NCBI GenBank assembly: GCA_963826715.1
Contig: CAWGYA010000008.1
Span: forward strand, 480,001 to 544,000
DNA: 64,000 nt
Reading direction: 5' to 3'
DNA from: Candidatus Bathyarchaeota archaeon
GTDB lineage: Archaea; Thermoproteota; Bathyarchaeia; Bathyarchaeales; Bathycorpusculaceae
In this document: positions 50,583 to 60,829 of the stretch, piece by piece
How positions within the stretch are numbered: position 1 is the first letter of the stretch
Layout of the letters: the number at the start of each line of letters is the position of its first letter
Notes under the pieces: model-generated
What the model was told of the DNA's origin: nothing
The model's database searches: none
The model's input: the letters and a program-made list of their open reading frames with translations, nothing else
Translations under genes and position numbers: made by a program

Positions 50583-51251
50583 TTAACTCGTCAACTGACC
50601 CGTCTCTAATTTTTTGAGCAACTCGCTCTGCCGCTTAGTGTACCGAGTCGTGATGCCCTTTTGGAGGAAGATGGATACGGCGGCTATGCTTTTGGCGGGG
50701 TCATTTCGCATGATGATGGAGTGAAGATGGAAAAGCTTGATGCCCACCGCGTCCTTGGAAATTTCCCCGCCCGCTAACTTCAGGGCGAGGGCGATGGAGT
50801 CGTTGATGGAGCCGCCTGCCGCCACAATTTTGACTTCATCAAATTTTGCGAAGCGTAGCAGACTGATGGTTAATAGCCGCTCCATGGTGGATGCGCGGCT
50901 GACGCTGATGGTTTGCTCGCCTGCATCACTCATTTTTTTGTCTTCCGCCTCAGCCAACGCAGCATAGTCCCCCGCTTGCTTCTGCGAGAGATGCACAGAA
51001 ACAGCGGCGGCTTTGCCTGCTGTGGGGAAGTCGAGGGCGGCTATGTCGATGTCGTCCACATATACCTTGGCGATTTCCGTTGCCATGTTAATCGCGCTGC
51101 AAGCCAGAAACATCGAGTCATTGATACCGACAACGTTCACTTCGCCCTCCGCCATGATGCCTGATATGATTCCCTCTACGACATCGGTTATTTTTGCATT
51201 GGCATCAGAGGACTGGATGATTATGGTTTTAGCTTTTGATTCTTGACTCAT
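50583..51251 (-). CDS. Tandem double Alba-like domain protein
   Basis: Two repeats of about 90 aa with the Alba beta-alpha-beta-alpha-beta-beta pattern, e.g. 'TISVSRASTMERLL...DEVKIVAAGGSINDSIALA...SIAAVSIFLQK'. Confidence 0.65.
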   Translation of the reverse strand: MSQESKAKTIIIQSSDANAKITDVVEGIISGIMAEGEVNVVGINDSMFLACSAINMATEIAKVYVDDIDIAALDFPTAGKAAAVSVHLSQKQAGDYAALAEAEDKKMSDAGEQTISVSRASTMERLLTISLLRFAKFDEVKIVAAGGSINDSIALALKLAGGEISKDAVGIKLFHLHSIIMRNDPAKSIAAVSIFLQKGITTRYTKRQSELLKKLETGQLTS

Positions 51252-51309
51252 AGGCGGTGCCTAGCAGTTAATCAAGCGCCTGCAAAATATAACACTTACC
51301 ACAATCGGG

Positions 51310-51621
51310 CTACGGCGTGATTTTTATGGCTGCCGTAGGGCATTGCAGTTGGCAGGCGAGGCACTCGATGCAGGTGCTCTCGCGGGCTGGGTCGGCTTTG
51401 CGGTTGGAAAGCGGATGACCGGGCGTGTCCACCATGTCATAGAGCGAAACGGGGCAGACATCGGCGCAGACGCCGTCGCCCACGCAGACATCCCAGTCCA
51501 CTGCCGTGTGGCTTCCATGGATACCCAGCTTGGTCGGGGGCTCGACGGGTCCCCAAACTTTGTGTCCACTGTGTTCACTTACAACTTTGCGTTTAGTTTG
51601 AAAATCAGGGTCAATAGGCAA
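51310..51621 (-). CDS. zfx: Zinc-containing dicluster ferredoxin (Sulfolobus Zfx type)
   Basis: 'IDPDF...EHSGHKVWGPVEPP..LGIHG...VDWDVCVGDGVC..VCPV' and CIECLACQLQCP. Confidence 0.9.
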   Translation of the reverse strand: MPIDPDFQTKRKVVSEHSGHKVWGPVEPPTKLGIHGSHTAVDWDVCVGDGVCADVCPVSLYDMVDTPGHPLSNRKADPARESTCIECLACQLQCPTAAIKITP

Positions 51622-51711
51622 AAACAATCACCACTTAAACTTCGCAGAAGCAGACATATTAGTGTTTCCGCAAAGGATTTCGGCGAGAGAGCATTTTATA
51701 CTCTGAAGGCT

Positions 51712-52488
51712 ATGGCTCAATATTCCTTGCCCAAAGGCATGCGGTACGCCACACTAGAGGAACGTAGAGAATTCTACTTTGAAGAATTCAGCACAGAAAA
51801 AGTTGCGGAATGGTTCGGGTACAGTACAGATAAAATACGATTCGCCGTCATCGTAGGAAGTCACACCAAAATTTTCCCCGAAAAATACCGCAAAGACGCA
51901 TCAACTACGATTATAATCGACGATTACCGTAACTTGGCCGATGTGCAAACACAGGTTTTGGATTTTTTACCTGAAGCCGTATATTACGACCGCAACATCT
52001 ACAACAATCAAAACGTAGCAGTGGGGCAGGAACTGGCGTTTGATCTTGACCCCGAAAATATCACATGCCCCATCCACGGCGCGCTAGAAGATAAGATGAA
52101 GAGGCAACAAGGAATAAGCTTCTGTGAGATTGAGTTGAATATGGTGAAGCAGGAAGCCATTGCCCTTCACGGGTATCTTGAGAGGCGCTTCAAGAAACTG
52201 AAGGTGGTTTATTCAGGCAGGGGCTTCCATCTACATGTTCTCGACACAAAAGCTTACTGCTTAAGCGTTGAGGAGCGGCTAGCAATAGCAAAAGAGATCA
52301 AAGGGGCAGGATTCCACATCGACGAATGGGTGACCTCAGGCGAGTACCATCTAATCCGCCTCCCATACAGCCTCAATGGATTGGTTTCGCGTATAGCATT
52401 TCCCCTAAGAAAAGAAGAACTGAAAAGCTTTGATGCCCTCAAAGATAAGCGCTGTTTGCCCAAATTCTTGGCGCGGGCGACTTTTTGA
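51712..52488 (+). CDS. Archaeo-eukaryotic primase catalytic-subunit (PriS-like) paralogue
   Basis: 'ELAFDLD', 'YSGRGFHLH', 'LIRLPYSLN'; likely start ATG 51712 (the upstream part of the listed ORF is the antisense shadow of zfx). Confidence 0.85.
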   Translation: MAQYSLPKGMRYATLEERREFYFEEFSTEKVAEWFGYSTDKIRFAVIVGSHTKIFPEKYRKDASTTIIIDDYRNLADVQTQVLDFLPEAVYYDRNIYNNQNVAVGQELAFDLDPENITCPIHGALEDKMKRQQGISFCEIELNMVKQEAIALHGYLERRFKKLKVVYSGRGFHLHVLDTKAYCLSVEERLAIAKEIKGAGFHIDEWVTSGEYHLIRLPYSLNGLVSRIAFPLRKEELKSFDALKDKRCLPKFLARATF

Positions 52489-52684
52489 CTAATTAGTTTT
52501 CTGCTCTTCACATTCTTTAAGCTCGCTTTCTCTTTGTTCTCCTTAAAGGTTTTGTAAGCGATAAAACTTCAAACCAAATTTAGGAACAGATACTTGAAGG
52601 CTTTTTTAGGGCAATGCTCTTGCAATTGAAAAGTTTATTTGCCCTCGATTCTTCAATTAACAGTACATATTTGAGGTTTACTTA

Positions 52685-54079
52685 ATGGAACAATTCGATA
52701 TAATGGTTATCGGGTCGGGTTCAGGTATGCTAATTGCATCCGCCGCCATAGAACAGGGCTTTAAAGTTGCATTGGTTGAACAGGGTCGCATGGGCGGCAC
52801 CTGCATAAACGTGGGCTGTGTACCCTCAAAGATGCTGATTTACCCCGCGGATCTACTCACCAATATCGGAAACGCGGAAAAACTGGGAATAAACACCACC
52901 CTCAATAGCGTAGACTTTCAAAGTATTATGACCCGCATGCACAATCTCGTTGACCACGACACGAGCCATCAAGCAGCCGGTGTTGAAGCTAATCATCAAA
53001 TAGTGTGGTTCAAAGACAAGGGAGAATTCATCTCTGATTACGTTATGCAAGTTGGAAATCAAACCATCAAAGCCAAAAATATCTTCATTTGTTCAGGCGC
53101 CCGCACCTCAATTCCACCCATTAAAGGCATCGAAACTGTAGATTACTTGACCAGCGACACCGTGTTGAACTTACAAACTCAACCAAAAAGTATCATAATT
53201 GTGGGCGGAGGCTACATAGGTATGGAATATGGGCACTTCTTCAGCGGCATCGGCACCAAAACCACAGTGGTGCACCGTGGTGACCGTCTCTTACCTGAAG
53301 AGGAAACCGAAGTTTCTGATTTACTCAAAGCTGAAATCGGCAAGCGTATAGAGATTTTCACGAGCTACGATGCCTTAGAAGTGAAACAGGACTCAGCGAG
53401 TAAAACGCTTATCGCAAAAAGCAAGATTGACGGTTCCACAAAAACCTTTATTGCCGACGAATTGTTGGTTGCCACGGGCAGAGTTTCCAATGCGGACTTG
53501 CTTAAACCCGAAAAAACAGGAATTAAACTTGATAGCCGGGGCTATATTGTCGTTAACGAGTACTTAGAAACTACTAAAAAACACATTTATGCCTTAGGTG
53601 ACGCTGTAGGTAAGCAGATGTTTAAACATGCTGCGAACTATGAGGCAGGCATCGCTTGGCATAACGCTAACCATGACCACAAGGTTCCAATGGATTTCTC
53701 TATGACGCCACGCGCCGTGTTTACACACCCCCAAATTGCTGCAGTAGGCTTAAAAGAAAACGAAGCAAAGCAGCAACACAAAATCCTCGTTGGACACGCA
53801 CTATTCCGAGACACAGCAATGGGAGCCGCCATGGGGGGCCCTGAGGGTTTCGTCAAAGTCATTGTCGAGATGCAGACTGGCAAAATTCTTGGCGCTCATA
53901 TCATCGGACCCGAAGCGGCCGTGCTGATTCAGGAAATCACCAACGCCATGGTAACTGGCAACGGCGACTATGGACCTATCGCAAGGGGGATGCATATTCA
54001 TCCAGCTTTAAACGAGGTTGTGCAGAATGCTTTTGGGAGCCTCCAAGACCCCGATCATCACCATGAACATGAGAGCTAA
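52685..54079 (+). CDS. Class-I pyridine nucleotide-disulfide oxidoreductase (dihydrolipoamide dehydrogenase/mycothione reductase-like)
   Basis: 'GSGSG', 'GGTCINVGCVPSK', 'GGGYIGME', 'HIHPALNE'; His-rich tail. Confidence 0.9.
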   Translation: MEQFDIMVIGSGSGMLIASAAIEQGFKVALVEQGRMGGTCINVGCVPSKMLIYPADLLTNIGNAEKLGINTTLNSVDFQSIMTRMHNLVDHDTSHQAAGVEANHQIVWFKDKGEFISDYVMQVGNQTIKAKNIFICSGARTSIPPIKGIETVDYLTSDTVLNLQTQPKSIIIVGGGYIGMEYGHFFSGIGTKTTVVHRGDRLLPEEETEVSDLLKAEIGKRIEIFTSYDALEVKQDSASKTLIAKSKIDGSTKTFIADELLVATGRVSNADLLKPEKTGIKLDSRGYIVVNEYLETTKKHIYALGDAVGKQMFKHAANYEAGIAWHNANHDHKVPMDFSMTPRAVFTHPQIAAVGLKENEAKQQHKILVGHALFRDTAMGAAMGGPEGFVKVIVEMQTGKILGAHIIGPEAAVLIQEITNAMVTGNGDYGPIARGMHIHPALNEVVQNAFGSLQDPDHHHEHES

Positions 54080-54124
54080 AATCGGAGCACCAAATGAACA
54101 AAAAGAAAGTTTAGGGGTGGCAGT

Positions 54125-55393
54125 TTAACCTTGGGTTTTGAAACGTAAAATAGCCGCAATGCCACCAAAAGCGTTCTTTAACATCTGCCCCTCCTCGGTT
54201 TCAGTTGAAATAATCTCGACTTCCGAGTTTGAGAGCACCGCAAGATCCGCAATGTCGTCAACAACATCCCTCTTATCAACAACAGTCATAGAGGGCGCTT
54301 GGCAGTTCTTACAAGGTTTCCCAATTAAGCCCTGCTCAAACTCTGCTAAATTCTTGCCATTAACAGTGTGTTCCTCTTGGGTACTGCAGGCACCGCATTT
54401 AACGGTAACACGCAACAAATCCAAATCCTCAGACATCAAAACAGTCCGCACAGCGCCCGCGTTTAGGAGCCTACGAACTTCAGCTTCGCCATAGGTGATA
54501 AGACCACTATCATGACCAACTTCATAGAGAAACTTCTGCATGATTTCTTTCTCTTCGATGTAACGTACTTTTTTCATGATATCAGGGGCTTTATCAACTA
54601 CTTCTTTGACACCCTGCTCCTCAACATAAGCGGTATCAAGGATATCGATGACTTTACCCTTCAACTGGTAGTTGAGGTATCCGCCTTTTTCAAAGTCGTA
54701 TTTTGTGGGACCAGGTCCACCCAAAATGATGCCCTTTAGAGTGTCAATGGGTAAGAAAATCTCGTCGGCATGGTGCCCAACACGCGTAAAATACTCGTTA
54801 AGCTGCATGTCGCGCAAACGTTCATAACGCCGCGAAGATTGACCCCCAGCACGGGTTTTACCCGCCACACCCGAATGCATCTCGCGTACAATTTCAAGCC
54901 GCTTGCCCTGCAACGTTGCGATGGTAGCGTCGTTCGCATCCACTAGCAATATACCGTAGGTTTCTTTCTCCCGCAACATCTCTTGAAGGTGCTCGGTGTG
55001 AAAACGATTATCACAACGGTAAAGGAAGATCCGAATCGGTTCAGGTGGAACGATTACGTAACTTTCCATCCGTTCTGTTCCCGGTCCGCCACCTTCCTGA
55101 GGAAGCGCCCCCGTGAAGACCACGATGCCTTTTTCGCCAGGATCTTTGAAAAGCTTGAGTTTCTGTTGTGCTTTTATAATCGCGTCAAGAACGTTTTTGC
55201 GAGTGACGTTGGATTTGATGTTACTAGCAGTTCCGTACTCGTTTCGCAACAGGTTAAGAGCATCGCTGATTTGTTTATCAGGTGGCACATAAATAGTGAT
55301 AAGTTCTGTGTGGCTACCTTCTTTGTTAGCTAGGGAATTGATAGTTTTTCGTAACCTGAATAGTTCAAGAGAGCTTTTCTTGGCGGCACTCAA
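54125..55393 (-). CDS. prf1: Peptide chain release factor aRF1
   Basis: 'ASNIKS', 'YRCD', 'AGGQSSRR', 'FGGIAAILRF'. Confidence 0.97.
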   Translation of the reverse strand: MSAAKKSSLELFRLRKTINSLANKEGSHTELITIYVPPDKQISDALNLLRNEYGTASNIKSNVTRKNVLDAIIKAQQKLKLFKDPGEKGIVVFTGALPQEGGGPGTERMESYVIVPPEPIRIFLYRCDNRFHTEHLQEMLREKETYGILLVDANDATIATLQGKRLEIVREMHSGVAGKTRAGGQSSRRYERLRDMQLNEYFTRVGHHADEIFLPIDTLKGIILGGPGPTKYDFEKGGYLNYQLKGKVIDILDTAYVEEQGVKEVVDKAPDIMKKVRYIEEKEIMQKFLYEVGHDSGLITYGEAEVRRLLNAGAVRTVLMSEDLDLLRVTVKCGACSTQEEHTVNGKNLAEFEQGLIGKPCKNCQAPSMTVVDKRDVVDDIADLAVLSNSEVEIISTETEEGQMLKNAFGGIAAILRFKTQG

Positions 55394-55473
55394 ATTTTTT
55401 TCACTTAAATGTTAATTCAATAGCTTACGTTATTGGGGATCAAATAAAAGTTCCGACTAAAAAAAGGAATCAA

Positions 55474-56472
55474 TTATGCTTTTGGTTCTTTAGGCGCCTC
55501 TTCAACTATACCAATGGCATCTTTGAGGTATGCTTTGAAAGGACCCAGTTTACCACCGTAGTTACCAGCCGAAATTTTTAAGATTCCCGGACAAGTAAGT
55601 GAAGCTTGCACACCAACCATCATAGCCTTCTTCACGGCATCCAAGGTTAAGCCGTTGATAACTATTTCAAGAACACTTTCTGCATTTTCGGGAACAACCG
55701 TTTCTGGCACTATAGTACGAAGTGTTGGGCAATAAGTATGGTTTGTAGATGCTTTGAGTTTATATTTTAGTGAACCAGCTTTACTTCCAGATCGGCAGAC
55801 TCCTCCGGGGAATGGCATAATTACATCGGGGACTTGCGCTCGGATAGCATCGACCGCTGCTTCTGCGGCTACTAGACATTCTGAGTCTGACTTTGCGAAA
55901 ATCATAAAATTGCCACCTGCTACTGCTTCCATAGCTCCGAAGCCATCTTCTACGATAAATATGCCTTCCATAACTGGGATTTTCCAGCATTTACGCCCAC
56001 CCACCATGGCTTTCTTTTGGAAGCCATCGCCAAAGTAACGCAAGCTACTACCAACATTGAGAACCCTTTTACCTAATAATCCGTTAAAGGCTGCTGTAGT
56101 TGGACAAGTCATGGTGCATTGACCAATACGTCCCATTAGTTGATGTTTAAGTTCGAAACGGTCTTTATTGTAAATTTGAATTAGGATTCCAGGTCTCTTA
56201 TCAGGGGTTTGCGCAGCTGGAACCTTGCGTTCAATAGCTGCCTCTGCAGAAGCAGCAATAACACTTGTAGCATACCCTGTGGTTACGGATGCGGCGATTT
56301 CGGCCCATTTCTCATTTGCCGCAGTTATAAGAACTCTTCCTACCCAAAGCGGAAACATCTCAGCAAATGTATCTTGAACCTTAACGGTATCGCCTAAAGG
56401 TGACCTGACAAGATACATTTTTTCTTTTTCATCGTAACCTTGGATTTCAAACTGCTTAGTGTTTGCTGACAT
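55474..56472 (-). CDS. ftr: Formylmethanofuran:H4MPT formyltransferase
   Basis: 'DTFAEMF', 'TPDKRPG', 'RIGQC.MTCPT', 'PFPGGVCRSGSK', 'SAGNYGGKLG'. Confidence 0.95.
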   Translation of the reverse strand: MSANTKQFEIQGYDEKEKMYLVRSPLGDTVKVQDTFAEMFPLWVGRVLITAANEKWAEIAASVTTGYATSVIAASAEAAIERKVPAAQTPDKRPGILIQIYNKDRFELKHQLMGRIGQCTMTCPTTAAFNGLLGKRVLNVGSSLRYFGDGFQKKAMVGGRKCWKIPVMEGIFIVEDGFGAMEAVAGGNFMIFAKSDSECLVAAEAAVDAIRAQVPDVIMPFPGGVCRSGSKAGSLKYKLKASTNHTYCPTLRTIVPETVVPENAESVLEIVINGLTLDAVKKAMMVGVQASLTCPGILKISAGNYGGKLGPFKAYLKDAIGIVEEAPKEPKA

Positions 56473-56607
56473 TGATGGGACAACCTTGCCTCTTCAGTGG
56501 GGATTTGTATAATTTAAGAGTTTTCATGATTTTTATGTTTTCAACTTACCTAGTTTTTGACATTACCCTTTAGCTTCGCCCTCTAACAAGTGAGTAGCCA
56601 AAAACAA

Positions 56608-56982
56608 TCAAATGCCAGTCTTGACTTTGGGCTTCAAAATCAAGCTGGATTTATCAGTTGTAGCCAACTCAAAAAGACAAGAGTTGCTTATTGCCTGTTT
56701 AGGGCAAGTCTCTGCACACTGATAACAGAAAACACACTTAGACAAGTTAAGCTGGGGACGTCGTTTCTTACCATCCACCGGCACCATTTCTATGGCTTTT
56801 GATGGACAATCACGGCTGCATAAACCACATCCGATGCATGCGGAATAATTAAAGCATGGTTCACCTCGATATTTCTCAGGCAATTGAGGTTTAACATCTG
56901 GATACTTACCAGTTGCAGTCTTAGAGAAAACGGATTTAATTGCCCTTTTAAGCATCGTGGATGCATGTGGTCTTTTAACCAA
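56608..56982 (-). CDS. 2x[4Fe-4S] protein, NuoI/EchF-like
   Basis: 'T.KYP...P..YRG.P', CIGCGLCSRDCP, CVFCYQCAETCP. Confidence 0.88.
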   Translation of the reverse strand: MVKRPHASTMLKRAIKSVFSKTATGKYPDVKPQLPEKYRGEPCFNYSACIGCGLCSRDCPSKAIEMVPVDGKKRRPQLNLSKCVFCYQCAETCPKQAISNSCLFELATTDKSSLILKPKVKTGI

Positions 56983-57320
56983 TTATGCCACCGAACTTAA
57001 TAGTAATTGGAGGGTGAGGGATTTTTATCTTACTGAAGACTTCAATAGATTTTTAAAATCTTTGTGACCTTGCCTTGATGGAAAAATGCTGTTTCGATAA
57101 ACCGCATAATTATTCTTTTCACAGTAAAAACTTTACTATTTTATGTAAAGCGCACTAGAAGTTTATAATTTAATTATAAGAAAAGAAATACGTAACGTGG
57201 CAATTGAGTCCTCACGCCACTCATACGCGATGTAATTCGACTCGTTTTAAACTTGCATATTTTCAATCGACCGATAGATGACTTCGTGCAACTGTCAAAA
57301 ATTTGGTTGAAAAATTTCTA

Positions 57321-58019
57321 TCAACTGATTAAAGTGAACTGTTCGAATTTGTCACCTTCGACGCTATTCTGCTCCTGCTTTCCCCCTTTGCCCTTAACGA
57401 TAGGAAGTATAAACTCAATTATTAACAGAATAATAATCAGAGCAATAATAACTGGCAACCCCCAGGGGGTGCCTCGCAGAAATAACGTAATATGTCCAAA
57501 CCAGGGAATTCGCATAACAACTTTGCCGATAACTAGATCTTGAGGGACCCCCTGACCCGTTGACCAAAGAGTGTAGGAATCATATTCGCTTTGGGAGGGA
57601 ACAGTGGGCCATTTCTGGAAGCCATTTCCGTCGCCTTTAGTCTGAAAGTATAATGTACCGTTGACTTCGTAGCTGGCAACAATTCGGTGCACTATAGGTG
57701 TAGCTGTGGGGTCAGTAGGGTTCTGGTAGACAATAATGTCGCTGTTGGGATATCCTATGTTTAAGTCCTTAGGATCCACGCCCTGAATAACTATGATATC
57801 ACCTATGTGAAGCGTTTGGTCAAAGGGATGACTCCAACCGTCGCATAAACCATCGAAAGGCACACACATACTACCGCTTTCAACAACACGAACAGGAACA
57901 TCAGTGTTGAGTACAAGACCCAACCCGACAAAGAATCCTAAAACGACAATAATGATTACAGCTATGACAACTGCCGATTTTATGTATTCTTTGCGGGAGG
58001 TTTTTGGAGTGTTACTCAA
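57321..58019 (-). CDS. Signal peptidase I, ER/archaeal type (S26B)
   Basis: 'VESGSM', 'IGDII', 'IVHRI', 'TKGDGN', 'IGKV..RIPWFG'. Confidence 0.92.
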   Translation of the reverse strand: MSNTPKTSRKEYIKSAVVIAVIIIVVLGFFVGLGLVLNTDVPVRVVESGSMCVPFDGLCDGWSHPFDQTLHIGDIIVIQGVDPKDLNIGYPNSDIIVYQNPTDPTATPIVHRIVASYEVNGTLYFQTKGDGNGFQKWPTVPSQSEYDSYTLWSTGQGVPQDLVIGKVVMRIPWFGHITLFLRGTPWGLPVIIALIIILLIIEFILPIVKGKGGKQEQNSVEGDKFEQFTLIS

Positions 58020-58139
58020 TCGTCTACCTTCAACTTATGACCGTTATAGGAATAGAACCTGTCTTAATAAATCGCATTCTTTCTTTTGATATAGCAAACA
58101 AAAATAATTCGTGCTAATCATAGATTCAGGGATTAAAGG

Positions 58140-59366
58140 ATGTTTAGAAACATAAAAACCTGGAATGCTTTTTTTGTCATATTGTGCGTTTTAGGCTTTT
58201 TTGCAATTTTAAGCTCAACTATGTCTAAAAATCCTGTCCTTAAGCCTTTTGCAACAAGCTTAGGGACTCCCGACTGTCTACTGGGAATTGTTGCTTCAGC
58301 CTCTACAATACCTGGAATCCTAATCAGTTTACCCGCTGCCTCGCTCTCAGACATTATTGGCAGACGCAAAGTTCTCGTGATAGCCACCTTCTTTTTTGCT
58401 TCCGCGCCCTTCCTATATCTAGGGGTAAATTCCTGGTGGACACTATCGCTTGTTCGCTTCTACCACGGCTTCGCAACAGCAATGTTAATCCCTGTTGCTG
58501 AAGCCACCATCGCAGAGATGTTTCCAGCTAAACGGGGAGAACGTATCTCGCTTTTCAGTTCTGCAACTGCAGTTGGCAGAGCATTAGCGCCATTTCTAGG
58601 GGGCTACATACTTTTTGTAACAGCCCAAAGTTACATCACCCTATACTTAGCCGTTAGCATAGCAGGCGTTACCTCATTTGTCATTGCTTTTCTATTCATA
58701 GCGGAGAAAAAAAACCGAACCAATCAGCGTCCACCGATGAAAGAGACGACTAGAAAAATGCTCGGTGGTTGGATTTTCATCGCACGGAACCGAGGGGTTT
58801 TAGGCGTCAGTTTTGTTCAAGCAGCCCAGTACTATGTATTTGGGTCTGTCGAGTTCTTTTTGGTGGGTTACCTCACAGATGTAGCCAGAATGGATATTTT
58901 TTTGGTAGGCATCATCACAGGCAGCCAGATTGCGGCATTAGTCATCGCACGACCTTTAATTGGGCGTGTTTCAGACAAGGTGGGTCGAACTAAACCTATA
59001 ATTGCAGGAATTGTAGCCAGTTGTGTTCTTGTTGGAGCGTTCCCTTTTACTGTTCAGTTTCCGGTGCTATTTGTCTTAGCGGTTGGATACGGGGTTTCTT
59101 TCGCCACGGTGCTCTCTTCAACCACCCCGTTTGTTAGTGAAATTGTACCTGCGGGTTTGGTTGGAGCTTCGCTGGGTTTTCTCGCCACCATGATGGATAT
59201 CGGGCAAACGTTAGGACCTATCGTCAGTGGGATTATTTTCGCCACCAGCCTAAAGTACATAGGCTTGTTTGTTTCACTTAGCCTGTTGCTAATTTTGTCA
59301 AGCGCCGTTATTCTATTAACGAATAGAGTTGCCAAAGAAACCAAAAAACTTAGTTTTGAGGGTTAA
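58140..59366 (+). CDS. MFS transporter
   Basis: Motif A 'SLSDIIGRRK' and 'GRVSDKVGR'; 12 TM helices. Confidence 0.92.
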   Translation: MFRNIKTWNAFFVILCVLGFFAILSSTMSKNPVLKPFATSLGTPDCLLGIVASASTIPGILISLPAASLSDIIGRRKVLVIATFFFASAPFLYLGVNSWWTLSLVRFYHGFATAMLIPVAEATIAEMFPAKRGERISLFSSATAVGRALAPFLGGYILFVTAQSYITLYLAVSIAGVTSFVIAFLFIAEKKNRTNQRPPMKETTRKMLGGWIFIARNRGVLGVSFVQAAQYYVFGSVEFFLVGYLTDVARMDIFLVGIITGSQIAALVIARPLIGRVSDKVGRTKPIIAGIVASCVLVGAFPFTVQFPVLFVLAVGYGVSFATVLSSTTPFVSEIVPAGLVGASLGFLATMMDIGQTLGPIVSGIIFATSLKYIGLFVSLSLLLILSSAVILLTNRVAKETKKLSFEG

Positions 59367-60703
59367 CGCTGTTGCAACCCCTTAATTAATCGCGTTAAGA
59401 AGCGGACTATAAAATGGAGTAAAATGGATGCAATCATCAGAGCCAAAGCTGCAAAATGAATTGGATTCACGATATCACTGCTCAATAATCCCGAATACAG
59501 ATTAAAGGGATAGTAAATTGAGGTGTTTACACCGAACCACGCATAATCCACCCAAGTGTTGAGATAGAGAGTGCTTTCAACAAGTGAAGCTAATAACAAA
59601 ACCGACCCAGCCCCCACAAACACAGGCTTAAGATATCTGGATTTTTTTGTGTCCTCGATCCCATGTAGTAGAAAACTGCCTTTGTCAATTATAGATGCGG
59701 CAAGAAGGCAAAAAAAGGGCAAAGCCAAATAGTTGTATTTAACGGCACTAACGTATGGAACTTTTAAATGGAAACCAAATACCAGAAGCATATCCAACCC
59801 CATGATAACAGCGATAGTTGTAAGGCACACTACATCTAACCGCAAAAAACTCATCAGACTCTTCCTAAAAAAGAATGCAACTATGACTGAGAAGAATCCA
59901 GCCAAAAACATGAACCACCCTGCGCTCATGCTAAAAACAATGGGTAAAAATGTAAGCGCAGGATTGACTACAAGCTCAGGATGCGTCAAGTCACTTGCGA
60001 GGTAAACACCAAAAAAGTTTTGGTTAGCTAAGCCGCCAAACCAAATAACTTGCGAAATCAGTGCGGGTAGGAGAAACAGTAAAATCTTTCGTTTAGTTAG
60101 TTTGAAACTGCTGTTTTTGCGGTTTAAAAAGATAAACGCAGTCAGGGTAACAAGCGCAAATATAGCAAAGAGCTTTATGAGAAAAGCCAAAGCAAAAAAG
60201 AGTCCAGCCGCTAAAACCATCCGATTCGAGTCCCGCTTAACCGCCAACAAACCAACTACTAAAAAAAGCAAGCTAAAGAATAGGTACTGGTTATCAATCA
60301 AAAAAATTCTGGATACATAAACATGCCAAGGAACTAAACCGAAAAGCGAAGCCGCCACAAGCCCAGTGCGTCGCCCATACAAAACCGTCCCTAAGACATA
60401 CACGAGTACGACACTTCCGAGCCCAAAGAGGGTAGTTAAATATACACCGTTTTGGTAGCTTAAACCAAAAATTACGAACATTGGTACAGAGAGGTAGAAA
60501 CCCAAAGGCGGCTGATTGATCATAAGACCTGACGAGAGGAAAGGGAAGCCTTGAGTTAAGACATTTCCTACAGCTTCAAACTCGACCTGAGCATCCCAAT
60601 TAGTGTAAATTGCCATTGAAACCGCAACCATGAAGCTGGCAATTAGTACGCCAATTAGCGGGTAATGTGCGGCTAGGAATGCTTGGATTTTTTGCTGCTC
60701 CAC
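59363..60703 (-). CDS. GT-C glycosyltransferase (ArnT/PMT family)
   Basis: 'NQPPLGFYL', 'VYVLGTVLYGRRTGLVAA', 'LAFLIK'; many TM helices. Confidence 0.85.
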   Translation of the reverse strand: MEQQKIQAFLAAHYPLIGVLIASFMVAVSMAIYTNWDAQVEFEAVGNVLTQGFPFLSSGLMINQPPLGFYLSVPMFVIFGLSYQNGVYLTTLFGLGSVVLVYVLGTVLYGRRTGLVAASLFGLVPWHVYVSRIFLIDNQYLFFSLLFLVVGLLAVKRDSNRMVLAAGLFFALAFLIKLFAIFALVTLTAFIFLNRKNSSFKLTKRKILLFLLPALISQVIWFGGLANQNFFGVYLASDLTHPELVVNPALTFLPIVFSMSAGWFMFLAGFFSVIVAFFFRKSLMSFLRLDVVCLTTIAVIMGLDMLLVFGFHLKVPYVSAVKYNYLALPFFCLLAASIIDKGSFLLHGIEDTKKSRYLKPVFVGAGSVLLLASLVESTLYLNTWVDYAWFGVNTSIYYPFNLYSGLLSSDIVNPIHFAALALMIASILLHFIVRFLTRLIKGLQQR

Positions 60704-60829
60704 GAAGTTTCCCAGGATAACATAATATGTTTGATGTTTTATAATTATCTAAGTTATCCAAAAGCCTTACGAGCATTTTGGTTATGGTAACAAAAATATT
60801 AAGCAGATACAAATTAGTCTTGGGAAAAA

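Noticed and set aside
51343-51711. N-terminal 123-aa extension of the primase ORF
   Set aside because: Antisense shadow of the GC-rich ferredoxin gene; primase-like sequence starts at ATG 51712
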